A stretch of 64,000 bases of DNA, from assembly GCA_034927285.1 (NCBI GenBank), contig JAYFQF010000024.1:9421-73420 (forward strand), written 5' to 3'. Under the pieces are notes generated by a model that was not told the DNA's origin, ran no database searches, and saw only the letters and a list, made by a program, of their open reading frames with translations. The stretch is from Peptococcaceae bacterium. Lineage in GTDB: Bacteria > Bacillota > Peptococcia > DRI-13 > UBA5745. Below, piece by piece: positions 9,703 through 18,351 of this stretch; position 1 is the first letter of the stretch, and each line of letters begins with the position of its first letter. A program made the translations under genes and the position numbers.

Positions 9703-10305
9703 CTAAGCCTCCAATAACATGGCTTTTGCGTACAGCACATCGTCCCTGTCCAACAAACCCAGCAAAGCATGATCAATAAGAGGTTTTTGGATGAGTAACA
9801 CATCTCCGTTTCTTTTCGCAAGACCGGCCTCACACAAGATATTTTTATATGTGTTGCGAATGCGGACTAGATTATTGCTTGTCCATTTAGCAACCACATC
9901 ACTGCTCTGCGCTTTTCGCTCAATGAAGCCAATAAAATCTTTATCTGAAATTTCAAACCTACCAGCCTCGTATCGGTCAAGGTAAACCTCTCGCATGTAT
10001 TCAAAAAACAAGCGGTCTGCTTTAATCAAAGCAAGGAAAGCAATCACCTTGGCATCCCTTTCGCTGCCAGTGGCAATAACGGATATGAGCGAATCATCGA
10101 GAGTGGAAAGGCGTTTTATCATACGCAGCGGGACATCCCGGCGGCGCTTTTCTCGCTCCAACTGGTAAATATTGCTTTGGATAGACATTGCAACGATTTC
10201 ATCGCTGTTTTTGCCTTCACATAAAAGCTGAGCCGTTCTGCACATTTCAGAAAACATGAACGGCATGTCTTTGATGGAGGATGTATATTGCAATTCTCTT
10301 GCCAA
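9703..10305 (-). CDS. brxA: BREX protein BrxA (DUF1819)
   Basis: 200 aa; TTG start with GGAGG; DRLFFEYMREV, KWTSNNLVRIRNTYKNILCEAGL motifs; first of brxABC. Confidence 0.9.
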   Translation of the reverse strand: MARELQYTSSIKDMPFMFSEMCRTAQLLCEGKNSDEIVAMSIQSNIYQLEREKRRRDVPLRMIKRLSTLDDSLISVIATGSERDAKVIAFLALIKADRLFFEYMREVYLDRYEAGRFEISDKDFIGFIERKAQSSDVVAKWTSNNLVRIRNTYKNILCEAGLAKRNGDVLLIQKPLIDHALLGLLDRDDVLYAKAMLLEA

Positions 10306-10308
10306 GAC

Positions 10309-10536
10309 CTACACCTCCTGATCGTCTGACGATCTATCTGGTAGCATTTCCATCACGTCACCAATATCGCAAGACAGTGCATTACAAATGCGCGCCATTA
10401 CATCCATGCTGACAGGCTGATCTTTGGAAAGCTTTGCAAGAGTTGTAGTACTTATGCCAGCAAGTTGAAGCAAATCTGTCTTCTTTAATTTTTTATCTAA
10501 CAGGATTTTCCAAAGCTTAATATATCTTACCGACAT
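10309..10536 (-). CDS. Cro/C1-type (XRE, HTH_26-like) transcriptional regulator heading the BREX operon
   Basis: 75 aa, KLWKILLDKKLKKTDLLQLAGISTTTLAKL...ICNALSCDIGDVME; GGAGG RBS; stop 3 nt before the brxA start. Confidence 0.85.
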   Translation of the reverse strand: MSVRYIKLWKILLDKKLKKTDLLQLAGISTTTLAKLSKDQPVSMDVMARICNALSCDIGDVMEMLPDRSSDDQEV

Positions 10537-10572
10537 AAATAAACCTCCAATGGCGCATAAATAGTATAATTA

Positions 10573-10601
10573 ATAGTATCATGTATGTATTTTAAATGCA
10601 A
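10573..10601 (-). promoter_or_regulatory. sigma70-type promoter for HTH-brxABC-pglX operon
   Basis: TTGCAT-N17-TACTAT with TG extension on the minus strand. Confidence 0.65.
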
Positions 10602-10637
10602 TTAATATCTGAAAACGCTTAATTTTATTCTGCATAC

Positions 10638-12257
10638 TTAAACCCTATTCATATTCCATTTCCGTGCGGCTGTTGCTATATTTAGGAACTGATATTCCTG
10701 CTCATGGATAAACTCCACCAGCACCTCTTTGTCCTGCCCCACTGTAATCCGATTAACCAAGTAGGCGAGGAGCGGACGGGTCACACTTATAAATCCGAAA
10801 TATGGTTTGTATCGTTCAAGCCATCCAAAGAATTCTTCCGCATTAGGAGGGGCCTGCATATTCGCTTCAGTTTTTTTTATAGAGACCTCAAGGCGATTGC
10901 ATTCCTGCATATAATGCTTTCGCATAGCTTCCAGTTCCTGCAGGGTATGCGATTGTATGATGATTTCATCCTGTAGGCCGTCAAGACAACGATGGCGTAA
11001 TTTCAATTCTTTAGTTAATGCTCCGATTTTTTTGACGGCCATCTGATTTTTCAAGGAGCGGAGTTGGGACATATCCATGGATGGCGCTAACTTATAAATC
11101 CGCAGGACGTCATCCATACGCAACTGTATTTGTCGGAATACTTCATTCTCCAAGTCCGTTTTTGAAATTCGATGTGACGGGCAAGGTATGTTAGCCACAT
11201 TCCTACCGTTGCATACATAATAGTGATATGTCTTTTTTGAAGAGCAATTTTGCTTTTGTATCATGTTTCTGCCACAGCGTTTACAACGCACAAAACCCGA
11301 CAAAGGTGACACTGATTTTTCTCCCGGCGAGCTTCTGGAATCCATCAAGAGGAGTCTTTGCACGGCCTCGAATTGGTGAAGTGGAATGATTGCTTCATGA
11401 GCATTTTCAATGCATACCCATTGACTCCGTAACGTTTGTACTCTACGCCGCGCTTTGAAATAAGGTTTCTGGCTTTTTCCCTGTTCCAGCCGACCTGTGT
11501 AGACTCTGTTTGACAAGATGCGTATAACCGCTATCGGCGTCCATTTTGCTGAGTCATTTTTCTGAAAGCCGGTGCAGTATGCGCCGGAAAATGACTTTTT
11601 ATGTTCGGCTGGCGAGGGGATGCCTAAGCTCTCCAATCGTTCCGCCATAGCTGCCGCACTCATACCGTCAAGCTTCCATTGATAAATACTATGTACGGTT
11701 TCAGCTGCCTGTGGATCCGGTTTGAGACGGTATTTGTCCGTTTGTGATTTTCGGTAGCCATACGGCGAAAAAGCATTCAAATATTTGCCTTCCCTATATC
11801 CCTGCTGAAGAGAGCTCTTTATATTCTGTGATAAATTGCGTAAATACGCTTCATTAACGACATTGCGAACGCTTAACATAAAAGAATCATTATGATCAGG
11901 GGCCTTCATAAAATCAATTCGCTCAAAAACAGAAATAAACCGAACTCCAAGAGATGGGAAGATTTTCTGGATGTAACGTCCCGCATCAATATAATTTCGG
12001 CTGAACCGAGAAAGATCGCGCACTGCCACGCAGTCAATTCTTCCTTGTTCTATATCACGCAACATTTCTCGAAAAGCTGGACGATCGCAGTGTAATCCGC
12101 TGTATCCATCATCAATTTTTACAGTGCAAATCCGTACATTCCCAAGTGCATTCAGATGTTTCGTTACAATAAATTCTTGGCTTTCAAGCGTATCCTCTCC
12201 GTTATCTTTGGAAATTCGGATATAAATGGCGGCTTTCCATATTTTCAATTCGCTCAT
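10638..12257 (-). CDS. Large serine recombinase (resolvase + recombinase + Zn-ribbon/coiled-coil)
   Basis: 539 aa; AAIYIRIS catalytic motif, DDGYSG, RPAFREML, DLSRFSRN, CKRCG...YYVC zinc ribbon. Confidence 0.92.
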   Translation of the reverse strand: MSELKIWKAAIYIRISKDNGEDTLESQEFIVTKHLNALGNVRICTVKIDDGYSGLHCDRPAFREMLRDIEQGRIDCVAVRDLSRFSRNYIDAGRYIQKIFPSLGVRFISVFERIDFMKAPDHNDSFMLSVRNVVNEAYLRNLSQNIKSSLQQGYREGKYLNAFSPYGYRKSQTDKYRLKPDPQAAETVHSIYQWKLDGMSAAAMAERLESLGIPSPAEHKKSFSGAYCTGFQKNDSAKWTPIAVIRILSNRVYTGRLEQGKSQKPYFKARRRVQTLRSQWVCIENAHEAIIPLHQFEAVQRLLLMDSRSSPGEKSVSPLSGFVRCKRCGRNMIQKQNCSSKKTYHYYVCNGRNVANIPCPSHRISKTDLENEVFRQIQLRMDDVLRIYKLAPSMDMSQLRSLKNQMAVKKIGALTKELKLRHRCLDGLQDEIIIQSHTLQELEAMRKHYMQECNRLEVSIKKTEANMQAPPNAEEFFGWLERYKPYFGFISVTRPLLAYLVNRITVGQDKEVLVEFIHEQEYQFLNIATAARKWNMNRV

Positions 12258-13468
12258 ATACTCTTATCATTCCTTAAAATTTCGCTGTGCTCCATCAAAG
12301 GCAGCATATCCTCGCCAATGAAACAGCGTAGAAAATCCATGCAAGCATAATCACGGTTTCTTTCCATCTGGTTGATTTGCTGCACGATCCCCAAGCTGGA
12401 CAAAAGGTTAATTGCAGATGCCCCTGTGTTGTAAGAGATTCCGACCTTCTGTGCAACGGTATAGATGTCAAATATGGGATGCCGCTCAACACTATCATAA
12501 AAGGGATTGATTGCTTTTATAGATTTACCGCTTTTCCCAATCTTGGCAAGATTCTTTTCTCTAGTATGCAGCCACTTTTTAATCCCTTCCAAAGAATCAT
12601 TGGCAGCAAAGCTGATGGCTCTAATGTAGAACTTGATCCACTGTTCGTAGTCGCATTGGCGTCGAAGTGCGCTCATCCGATCAATGTATTCTACTTTATG
12701 CAAATTCAGATAATGAGACAAGCACAGGAGAGGGCTTGTTAATATTTTTTTATCCGCCAGAATCAGATATGGAAGAATTCTTCCTACAAGTCCGTTACCC
12801 GACATAAAGGGGTGTATCGTTTCGAACTGATAATGTGCGAGAGCCACCTTGATCAATACATCAATATCGTCATCTCGACGTATGAATTTTTCCAAGTCTC
12901 GCAGAGCACTCGGAAGCTGAGCTGGTGCGGTGGGATTATAAGTTAAAGGATAATTCGTTATAACTCTGATTTTTCCAATAAACATCTGTTCTGTTCTGAA
13001 TTTTCCCTGTTCTTCACTGTCGCCCTTCAAGATTAACTTCTTATGAATATCACATAGTAGCGCATTCTTGTATTGCGCTGTTTTTATTTTTTCCAGCCCA
13101 AGGCACATGGCTGAAACACAGCTTTTTATCGGGGCGGTTGTTCGATCCGTTTTGAGAGAGGTATCCAAAACATCATAAAGAGGCGCATTGGTCCCGTCAA
13201 TCTGGCAGGACAATATCGCCTCTTTTTGCAATATGATAGAGTTTACCGCAGCGATATTGGGAAGAAAACCGGACATGCCCTCAAGCTGTCCTAATAATCT
13301 ATGAGCCGTAGACAGAAGGCTTGCCAGTTCTGCGTCCATCTTTATTTTTAAATCCGTTGAAAGGGGATTCGGCGTAAATGTGTAATAATCTACGTCATCT
13401 TTTCCAGGCATACCCGGACAATACTGGCCGGATGTCCTATAAGACACCCATTCATCCATATTCATCAC
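12254..13468 (-). CDS. Fic family protein with degenerate catalytic motif
   Basis: 404 aa; AHYQFETIHPFMSGNGLVGR (canonical HPFxDGNGRxxR), N-terminal EAILSCQIDG; stop overlaps the recombinase start (ATGA). Confidence 0.88.
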   Translation of the reverse strand: MMNMDEWVSYRTSGQYCPGMPGKDDVDYYTFTPNPLSTDLKIKMDAELASLLSTAHRLLGQLEGMSGFLPNIAAVNSIILQKEAILSCQIDGTNAPLYDVLDTSLKTDRTTAPIKSCVSAMCLGLEKIKTAQYKNALLCDIHKKLILKGDSEEQGKFRTEQMFIGKIRVITNYPLTYNPTAPAQLPSALRDLEKFIRRDDDIDVLIKVALAHYQFETIHPFMSGNGLVGRILPYLILADKKILTSPLLCLSHYLNLHKVEYIDRMSALRRQCDYEQWIKFYIRAISFAANDSLEGIKKWLHTREKNLAKIGKSGKSIKAINPFYDSVERHPIFDIYTVAQKVGISYNTGASAINLLSSLGIVQQINQMERNRDYACMDFLRCFIGEDMLPLMEHSEILRNDKSI

Positions 13469-13489
13469 CCAAAATCTGATAATAAATAT

Positions 13490-13518
13490 AGAATAAAGTG
13501 ATTATTTCAAAAAGTCAA
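13490..13518 (-). promoter_or_regulatory. sigma70-type promoter for fic-recombinase
   Basis: TTGACT-N17-TATTCT on the minus strand in an AT-rich spacer. Confidence 0.65.
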
Positions 13519-13550
13519 CCATTTTTAAATTAATTATTATAATCGTATAT

Positions 13551-14693
13551 TTATTTCAAAACACCTAGTGAATTTGAGCTTATTGGATTAAGTCCTCCTG
13601 TTACACCATTGTCGAAATATTTACCATCCGTCATCACAAGCCGTACAGAAACATTTTTGCCGTCAGAAAGCGCCGCAGAATTTTCCGCTATCACGAAATC
13701 ACTGAGGCTAACAGGCTGTTTTTGATTTTTATATGCGCCGTCCTGTGTTTTACTTCCTTTATCTGCTTTTGGATTGGCTATAAGTCCGATGCCGACAAAT
13801 AGAACGGCGATCACGGCGACGACAACAATCCCAAAAGCGGGTTTTTGGTAATTCAGCACATTTTTGATCCGGCCCCGGACATTGCCCTCCCCAAAGGCAA
13901 GGGGGCCGCCATTTATCACGCGCCTTTCCGTTGCCAAAGACAAAAGCGAAGCGGAATAGGCCCTTTTGCCCTCGCCGCCCATATCCTTTATCACCCGCTC
14001 GTCGCAGGAAAGCTCCATATCCGTACTCATCAGGACGAAAGCGATCCAAACCATGGGATTGAACCAATGGATACACAGAATCAAAAAGCTAAAGGGCTTT
14101 ATAATATGATCGAAACGCCGGATATGCGTCTGCTCATGCCGAAGGATATAACTCTTTTCCTCCGCAGATAATCCCGCGGGAATAAAAACCCGCGGCCTGG
14201 AGAGGCCCAGCACGAAGGGCGTTTTTAGATTGTCGGCTTCGTAAATGCCGTTCTCCGTATACCGCGCGCTTTTCAGGCGGTCTTTCAGGATCAGCACTGA
14301 AACGGCACTGTAAATCAGCATAACGGCAATACCCAGGAGCCAGATATCCGTGCCGATCCGGGTATAGATTTGCAGGGGATTTACACTTGCCCCCACAATC
14401 GGCGCCGGCAGAGAGCTGTTCACATAGGTATCAACGGCGGTGATTCCGCTGTTGATTTGCGGCGTCTGCCGGTACACAATATCCTGGGGAATCGGCCAGG
14501 CGTTCATGGGCACCAGGCTCAGAATGCTTTCAAATGAAAAGGGGCATAAGAGCCTGAACGCCGCCACACTCCAGAGCATATAAGAGACAGCCCTGGGAGC
14601 CTTTTTCAGCGGCAGCCGGACGAGAATAATAAAAAGAATTACATAGCTTGCGGTCAGACTCATATTCAAAACGCTAAGGAATACAGCGGTCAA
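13551..14693 (-). CDS. M56 (BlaR1-like) metallopeptidase/sensor, C-terminal sensor domain short or truncated
   Basis: N-terminal TM helices, HEQTH zinc motif, HWFNP, DMELSCDE, PLAFGE; only ~70 aa after the last TM helix. Confidence 0.85.
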   Translation of the reverse strand: MTAVFLSVLNMSLTASYVILFIILVRLPLKKAPRAVSYMLWSVAAFRLLCPFSFESILSLVPMNAWPIPQDIVYRQTPQINSGITAVDTYVNSSLPAPIVGASVNPLQIYTRIGTDIWLLGIAVMLIYSAVSVLILKDRLKSARYTENGIYEADNLKTPFVLGLSRPRVFIPAGLSAEEKSYILRHEQTHIRRFDHIIKPFSFLILCIHWFNPMVWIAFVLMSTDMELSCDERVIKDMGGEGKRAYSASLLSLATERRVINGGPLAFGEGNVRGRIKNVLNYQKPAFGIVVVAVIAVLFVGIGLIANPKADKGSKTQDGAYKNQKQPVSLSDFVIAENSAALSDGKNVSVRLVMTDGKYFDNGVTGGLNPISSNSLGVLK

Positions 14694-14695
14694 GC

Positions 14696-15058
14696 CTATC
14701 CCTCCTTATGCCGGTCAATCAGCTTTTTCAGTTCCTCGGCCTGACGATCGGTGAGCTTTTTGCCTCCGATAAAAGCGGCCAGGAATTTAGGCAGGGATCC
14801 TCCGAAGGTATCTTCAACAAAGCGCCTGCTTTGCCCTGCAAAATACTCCGCTCTTTTTATCCGGGAAGACACAACCGCGTTTTCATTTTGAAAAAGGCCT
14901 TTATCACACAGCTTTTTCAGAACTGTGTATGTGGTGGACTTTTTCCAGCCTATTTCACTTTCACATAACTTCACCAGTTCGCCTGAACCAATCGGCTCAT
15001 ATCGCCAGATTAAATCAGCGAATTTGGCTTCCCCCCGTGCAAGCTTGTCCGTACTCAT
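14696..15058 (-). CDS. BlaI/MecI/CopY family repressor
   Basis: 120 aa; WKKSTTYTVLKKLCDKG, FVEDTFGGSLPKFLAAF; coupled to the M56 gene. Confidence 0.92.
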   Translation of the reverse strand: MSTDKLARGEAKFADLIWRYEPIGSGELVKLCESEIGWKKSTTYTVLKKLCDKGLFQNENAVVSSRIKRAEYFAGQSRRFVEDTFGGSLPKFLAAFIGGKKLTDRQAEELKKLIDRHKEG

Positions 15059-15079
15059 TTATCGGCTCTCCTCTCTTCG

Positions 15080-15136
15080 GTCTATACGGTATCGACTCAA
15101 CACTTTTAGTCTATACCAAATAGACTAAAAGTTCAA
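15080..15136 (-). promoter_or_regulatory. blaI promoter with two palindromic operators (GTCTA-N7-TAGAC)
   Basis: Perfect 12-bp IR ACTTTTAGTCTA-N7-TAGACTAAAAGT (15102-15132) overlapping TTGAAC-N17-TAGACT; second near-copy GTCTA-N7-TCGAC at 15080-15096. Confidence 0.7.
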
Positions 15137-15255
15137 TGCCCTGATCATCAATATTGCTCCGAAATAATCGTCACCGCCACCGGCTTTATCATTACAGCGC
15201 GGGGCCGCTAGCGAAAAGCGCGGAAAATACAGTACAGGCAAATATCTCATAGAAA

Positions 15256-15295
15256 GAGTAAGAGGAGGACGGCTTTCGCCGTCCTCCTCTTACTC
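15256..15295 (-). terminator. Intrinsic terminator downstream of xdh
   Basis: Perfect 18-bp stem with a 4-nt loop, followed by TTTCT on the minus strand. Confidence 0.7.
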
Positions 15296-15396
15296 CGCCT
15301 CTCATTCCGTCTCTCACTTGCAAAACCGGTTAAATTATGTCCCTGTCCCCCGTTAACAGAAGAAGGTTTCGCGGCCTTTTTAGAACCGGCCCCGCT

Positions 15397-18333
15397 TTAT
15401 CTCCCCTTTTTTTGATATGGCGTATCCGCCAGCGGCAGCCTGTTCCGGAAGATTCCGTCCCGGTTATAGTAAGCCAGCTGTACCGCCGGCGCTGTGGGAA
15501 TAGAACAGATCTCCCCCACGCCCTTGGCACCGAAGGCCGTTTCCTCCCAGCTCTTCCCCAGGGTGATGGCCTTCACTTCCGGAGCATCGGTGGCACGGAA
15601 AAGCCCCAGAGTACCAAATTTGGCGTTTGGCCGGCAGTTTTCCAGCGGATAATCCTCCGTAAGGGCATAGCCCAGGCTCATCACCACGCCGCCTTCAATC
15701 TGGCCTTCCAGGCTTTTCGGATTTACCACCCGGCCCACGTCATGGGCCGCCACCACTCGTTTCACCCGGCCTTCAGGCGTTAATTCCGCCAAATGAGTGG
15801 CGTAGCCATAGGTCACGTGACTAACCGGATTAGGCTTGTCGCAGCCTAACGGGTCGGAGTCAAAGGAAAACTCGCCGCTGAATTCGCATCCCTCCAGCCT
15901 GGCCAGGGCCGCTTCCACATCGGCAGCGGCGGCAGCGGAAATAGCTTCTGCTTCCGCTTCGGCGGTGGAGGCAGCGGCAGCGGAAATAGCTTCTGCTTCC
16001 GCTTGGCCGGCCTGCCCCCTTTCGGCGGCGCGGCTCTCGGCAGTTCCGCCGCCTAATTCCCGGATCAGGGCGGCTCTTAATTTTTCCGCCGCCCGCTTCA
16101 CCGCTTCACCGGTAAACACCGTTTGCCGGGAAGCGGTGGTATTGCCGGCATTGGGGGCCAGGGCGGTGTCCGGCGTCTCATAGCGCAGCCAGGCCGGGCC
16201 AAGGCCGGTAGCCTGGCTGACCATCTGAAGCTGCACGGTGCCCATACCCTGGCCGATGCAGGCGGCGCTGCTGTAAAGCAGAACTTTGCCGCCCTTTACC
16301 AAAAGCCGGGCCCGGCCCACATCCGGTACGCCCACCCCCAGGCCGCTGTTTTTCATGGCGCAGGCGATCCCCGCCCCGGGATTGGCGTCATAATAAGGCT
16401 TAATCGCCTCTAAAGTCTCCACTAAAGCGGTGGATTCGTCGGCCACCTGACCGTTGGGCAGCACCTGGCCGGGAAGGACAGCGTTACGGCGGCGGATTTC
16501 CCAGGGACTGATCCCCACCAGTTCCGCCAGCTGATTTAAATTACACTCCATGGCAAAGCAGCTCTGGGGTACGCCAAAGCCCCGGAAGGCTCCGGCCGGC
16601 GGATTATTCGTGTATACCGCCAGGCCCAGAATATCAATATCCTGATAATTATACGGTCCCGCCGCATGGGTGCAAGCCCTTTGCAGCACCGGCCCCCCTA
16701 AAGAAGCGTAAGCCCCGGTATCCGCGATGAGCACCGCCTTCATGGCCAGAAGCCGGCCCTCTTCATCGCAGGCCGTAGTGAAATCCATTTCCATGGCATG
16801 GCGTTTGGGATGGATCAGAATGCTTTCCTGGCGGCTGAGGGAAACCTTCACCGGCTTTTGAACATACCAGGCCAATAGAGCGGCGTGATGCTGGACACTC
16901 ATGTCCTCTTTGCCGCCGAAGCCTCCTCCTACCATGGCCGCGGTGACCCGCACTTTATCCTCGGCCAGGCCCAGCATGGCGGCGCACTCGCGCCGGGTCT
17001 GATAGATTCCCTGATCGCCGCTGTAGATGCGGATACCGCCGGGGTTTTCCGGGTCCGGCAAAGCCACCGCCGTTTCCGGCTCCAAAAAGGCATGCTCGGT
17101 AAAGGGCGTACTATAATGATTGGTCACCACATATTTGGCGCCGCTGATTTTTCCCTGGGCATCTCCCCGCACCAGATGCTCCCGGCGCAGGATATTGGAA
17201 TCCCCCATTTCCTCATGCAAAACAGGAGCCCCCTTCGCCAGGGCTTCCCGGGGATTTCGCAGACAGGGCAGCTCCTGATATTCGGCTTTGACCAACTCTT
17301 TTGCTTTTGCCAGGATTTCCTTTGTCTCTGCGGCAATCAGCGCCACCGGATCCCCCAGGCAATGGGTGATGCTTCCCAAAGGGATCATCACGTCCCAATC
17401 CTGCTTCAGATGGCCGATCTTTTGGGCGCCTGGAATATCCGCCGACGTCAGGACGGCGATTACTCCAGGCAAAGCCCGGGCCCGGGAAACATCCAGGCCC
17501 AGCAGCCTGGCCCGGGGATAAAGCATGCTGCGGACAGCCCCGCCGTACAGCATGCCGGGGAGCCGGATATCGTCGGCGTAGACAGCCTGCCCCAAGGTCT
17601 TGGCCGCGGCGTCCACCCGGTGCAGGTCCCGGCCCAGACCAGCCATGTGGCGGCTGTCCAGAGTAAGGCCACCGGAAAAGCCGCCGGCAGAATCTCCGGC
17701 AACGCCGGCGACAATACTGCCGGGAAGACTGTTCGCAAGATCACCAGCAGGGCCGCCGGCAGGATCTCCGGCTACGCCGGCGCCGGCCAGAGTGATACGG
17801 AAATCTTCACCGCCGTTGCTGTTTTCAGCGGCTTTTTCTTGATCTGGGGGCACCGGCAAGTTTTCCCGCAGGATTTTTGCCGCCAGCAGGACGGCCTCTC
17901 TGATCTTCTTGTAACCGGTACAGCGGCAGAGATTTCCCCGCAGAGCCGCCTTGACCTGCTGAGGGCTGGGGTCCGGCGTCTCATCCAGCAAAGCCTTGGC
18001 GCTGATCACCATGCCGGGGGTGCAAAAACCGCACTGCACCGCCCCCGCTTCCGCAAAGGCGTAGCTGTAAACCTGTTTTTCCCGGGGGGACAGGCCCTCT
18101 ATGGTAACGATATGCTTGCCTGCCAGCCTGGCCGTTTCCAAAAGACAGGCCCGCATAGCCCTGCCTTCCACGATCACCATACAGGCCCCGCAAGCGCCTT
18201 CGGAACAGCCGTCCTTTGCCCCGGTAAGCCTCAGTTCTTCCCGAAGAAAGGGTAAGAGCTTCCGGTTTTCAGGAGCGCTGACATATTGGTCATTTACGTA
18301 AAATCCGGTCACGGTATGGCATAATCCGCTCAT
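15397..18333 (-). CDS. xdh: Selenium-dependent xanthine dehydrogenase-type molybdenum hydroxylase (2x[2Fe-2S] fused to Moco subunit, no FAD domain)
   Basis: GCSEGACGAC, QCGFCTPG, GNLCRCTGY, GGGFGGKE, GAFRGFG, EGQIEGG, GAKGVGE; context with hydA/ygfK/ssnA. Confidence 0.88.
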   Translation of the reverse strand: MSGLCHTVTGFYVNDQYVSAPENRKLLPFLREELRLTGAKDGCSEGACGACMVIVEGRAMRACLLETARLAGKHIVTIEGLSPREKQVYSYAFAEAGAVQCGFCTPGMVISAKALLDETPDPSPQQVKAALRGNLCRCTGYKKIREAVLLAAKILRENLPVPPDQEKAAENSNGGEDFRITLAGAGVAGDPAGGPAGDLANSLPGSIVAGVAGDSAGGFSGGLTLDSRHMAGLGRDLHRVDAAAKTLGQAVYADDIRLPGMLYGGAVRSMLYPRARLLGLDVSRARALPGVIAVLTSADIPGAQKIGHLKQDWDVMIPLGSITHCLGDPVALIAAETKEILAKAKELVKAEYQELPCLRNPREALAKGAPVLHEEMGDSNILRREHLVRGDAQGKISGAKYVVTNHYSTPFTEHAFLEPETAVALPDPENPGGIRIYSGDQGIYQTRRECAAMLGLAEDKVRVTAAMVGGGFGGKEDMSVQHHAALLAWYVQKPVKVSLSRQESILIHPKRHAMEMDFTTACDEEGRLLAMKAVLIADTGAYASLGGPVLQRACTHAAGPYNYQDIDILGLAVYTNNPPAGAFRGFGVPQSCFAMECNLNQLAELVGISPWEIRRRNAVLPGQVLPNGQVADESTALVETLEAIKPYYDANPGAGIACAMKNSGLGVGVPDVGRARLLVKGGKVLLYSSAACIGQGMGTVQLQMVSQATGLGPAWLRYETPDTALAPNAGNTTASRQTVFTGEAVKRAAEKLRAALIRELGGGTAESRAAERGQAGQAEAEAISAAAASTAEAEAEAISAAAAADVEAALARLEGCEFSGEFSFDSDPLGCDKPNPVSHVTYGYATHLAELTPEGRVKRVVAAHDVGRVVNPKSLEGQIEGGVVMSLGYALTEDYPLENCRPNAKFGTLGLFRATDAPEVKAITLGKSWEETAFGAKGVGEICSIPTAPAVQLAYYNRDGIFRNRLPLADTPYQKKGR

Positions 18334-18351
18334 GGTATCACTCCCGTTTGC

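Larger units (their letters stand above)
1..13550. mobile_element. Accessory/defence island (BREX + large serine recombinase + Fic); right boundary uncertain (~13.6 kb or ~15.2 kb), left boundary outside window
   Basis: Visibly lower GC than the DNA right of ~15.2 kb; carries a recombinase, a defence system and Fic. No att sites identified. Confidence 0.6.
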
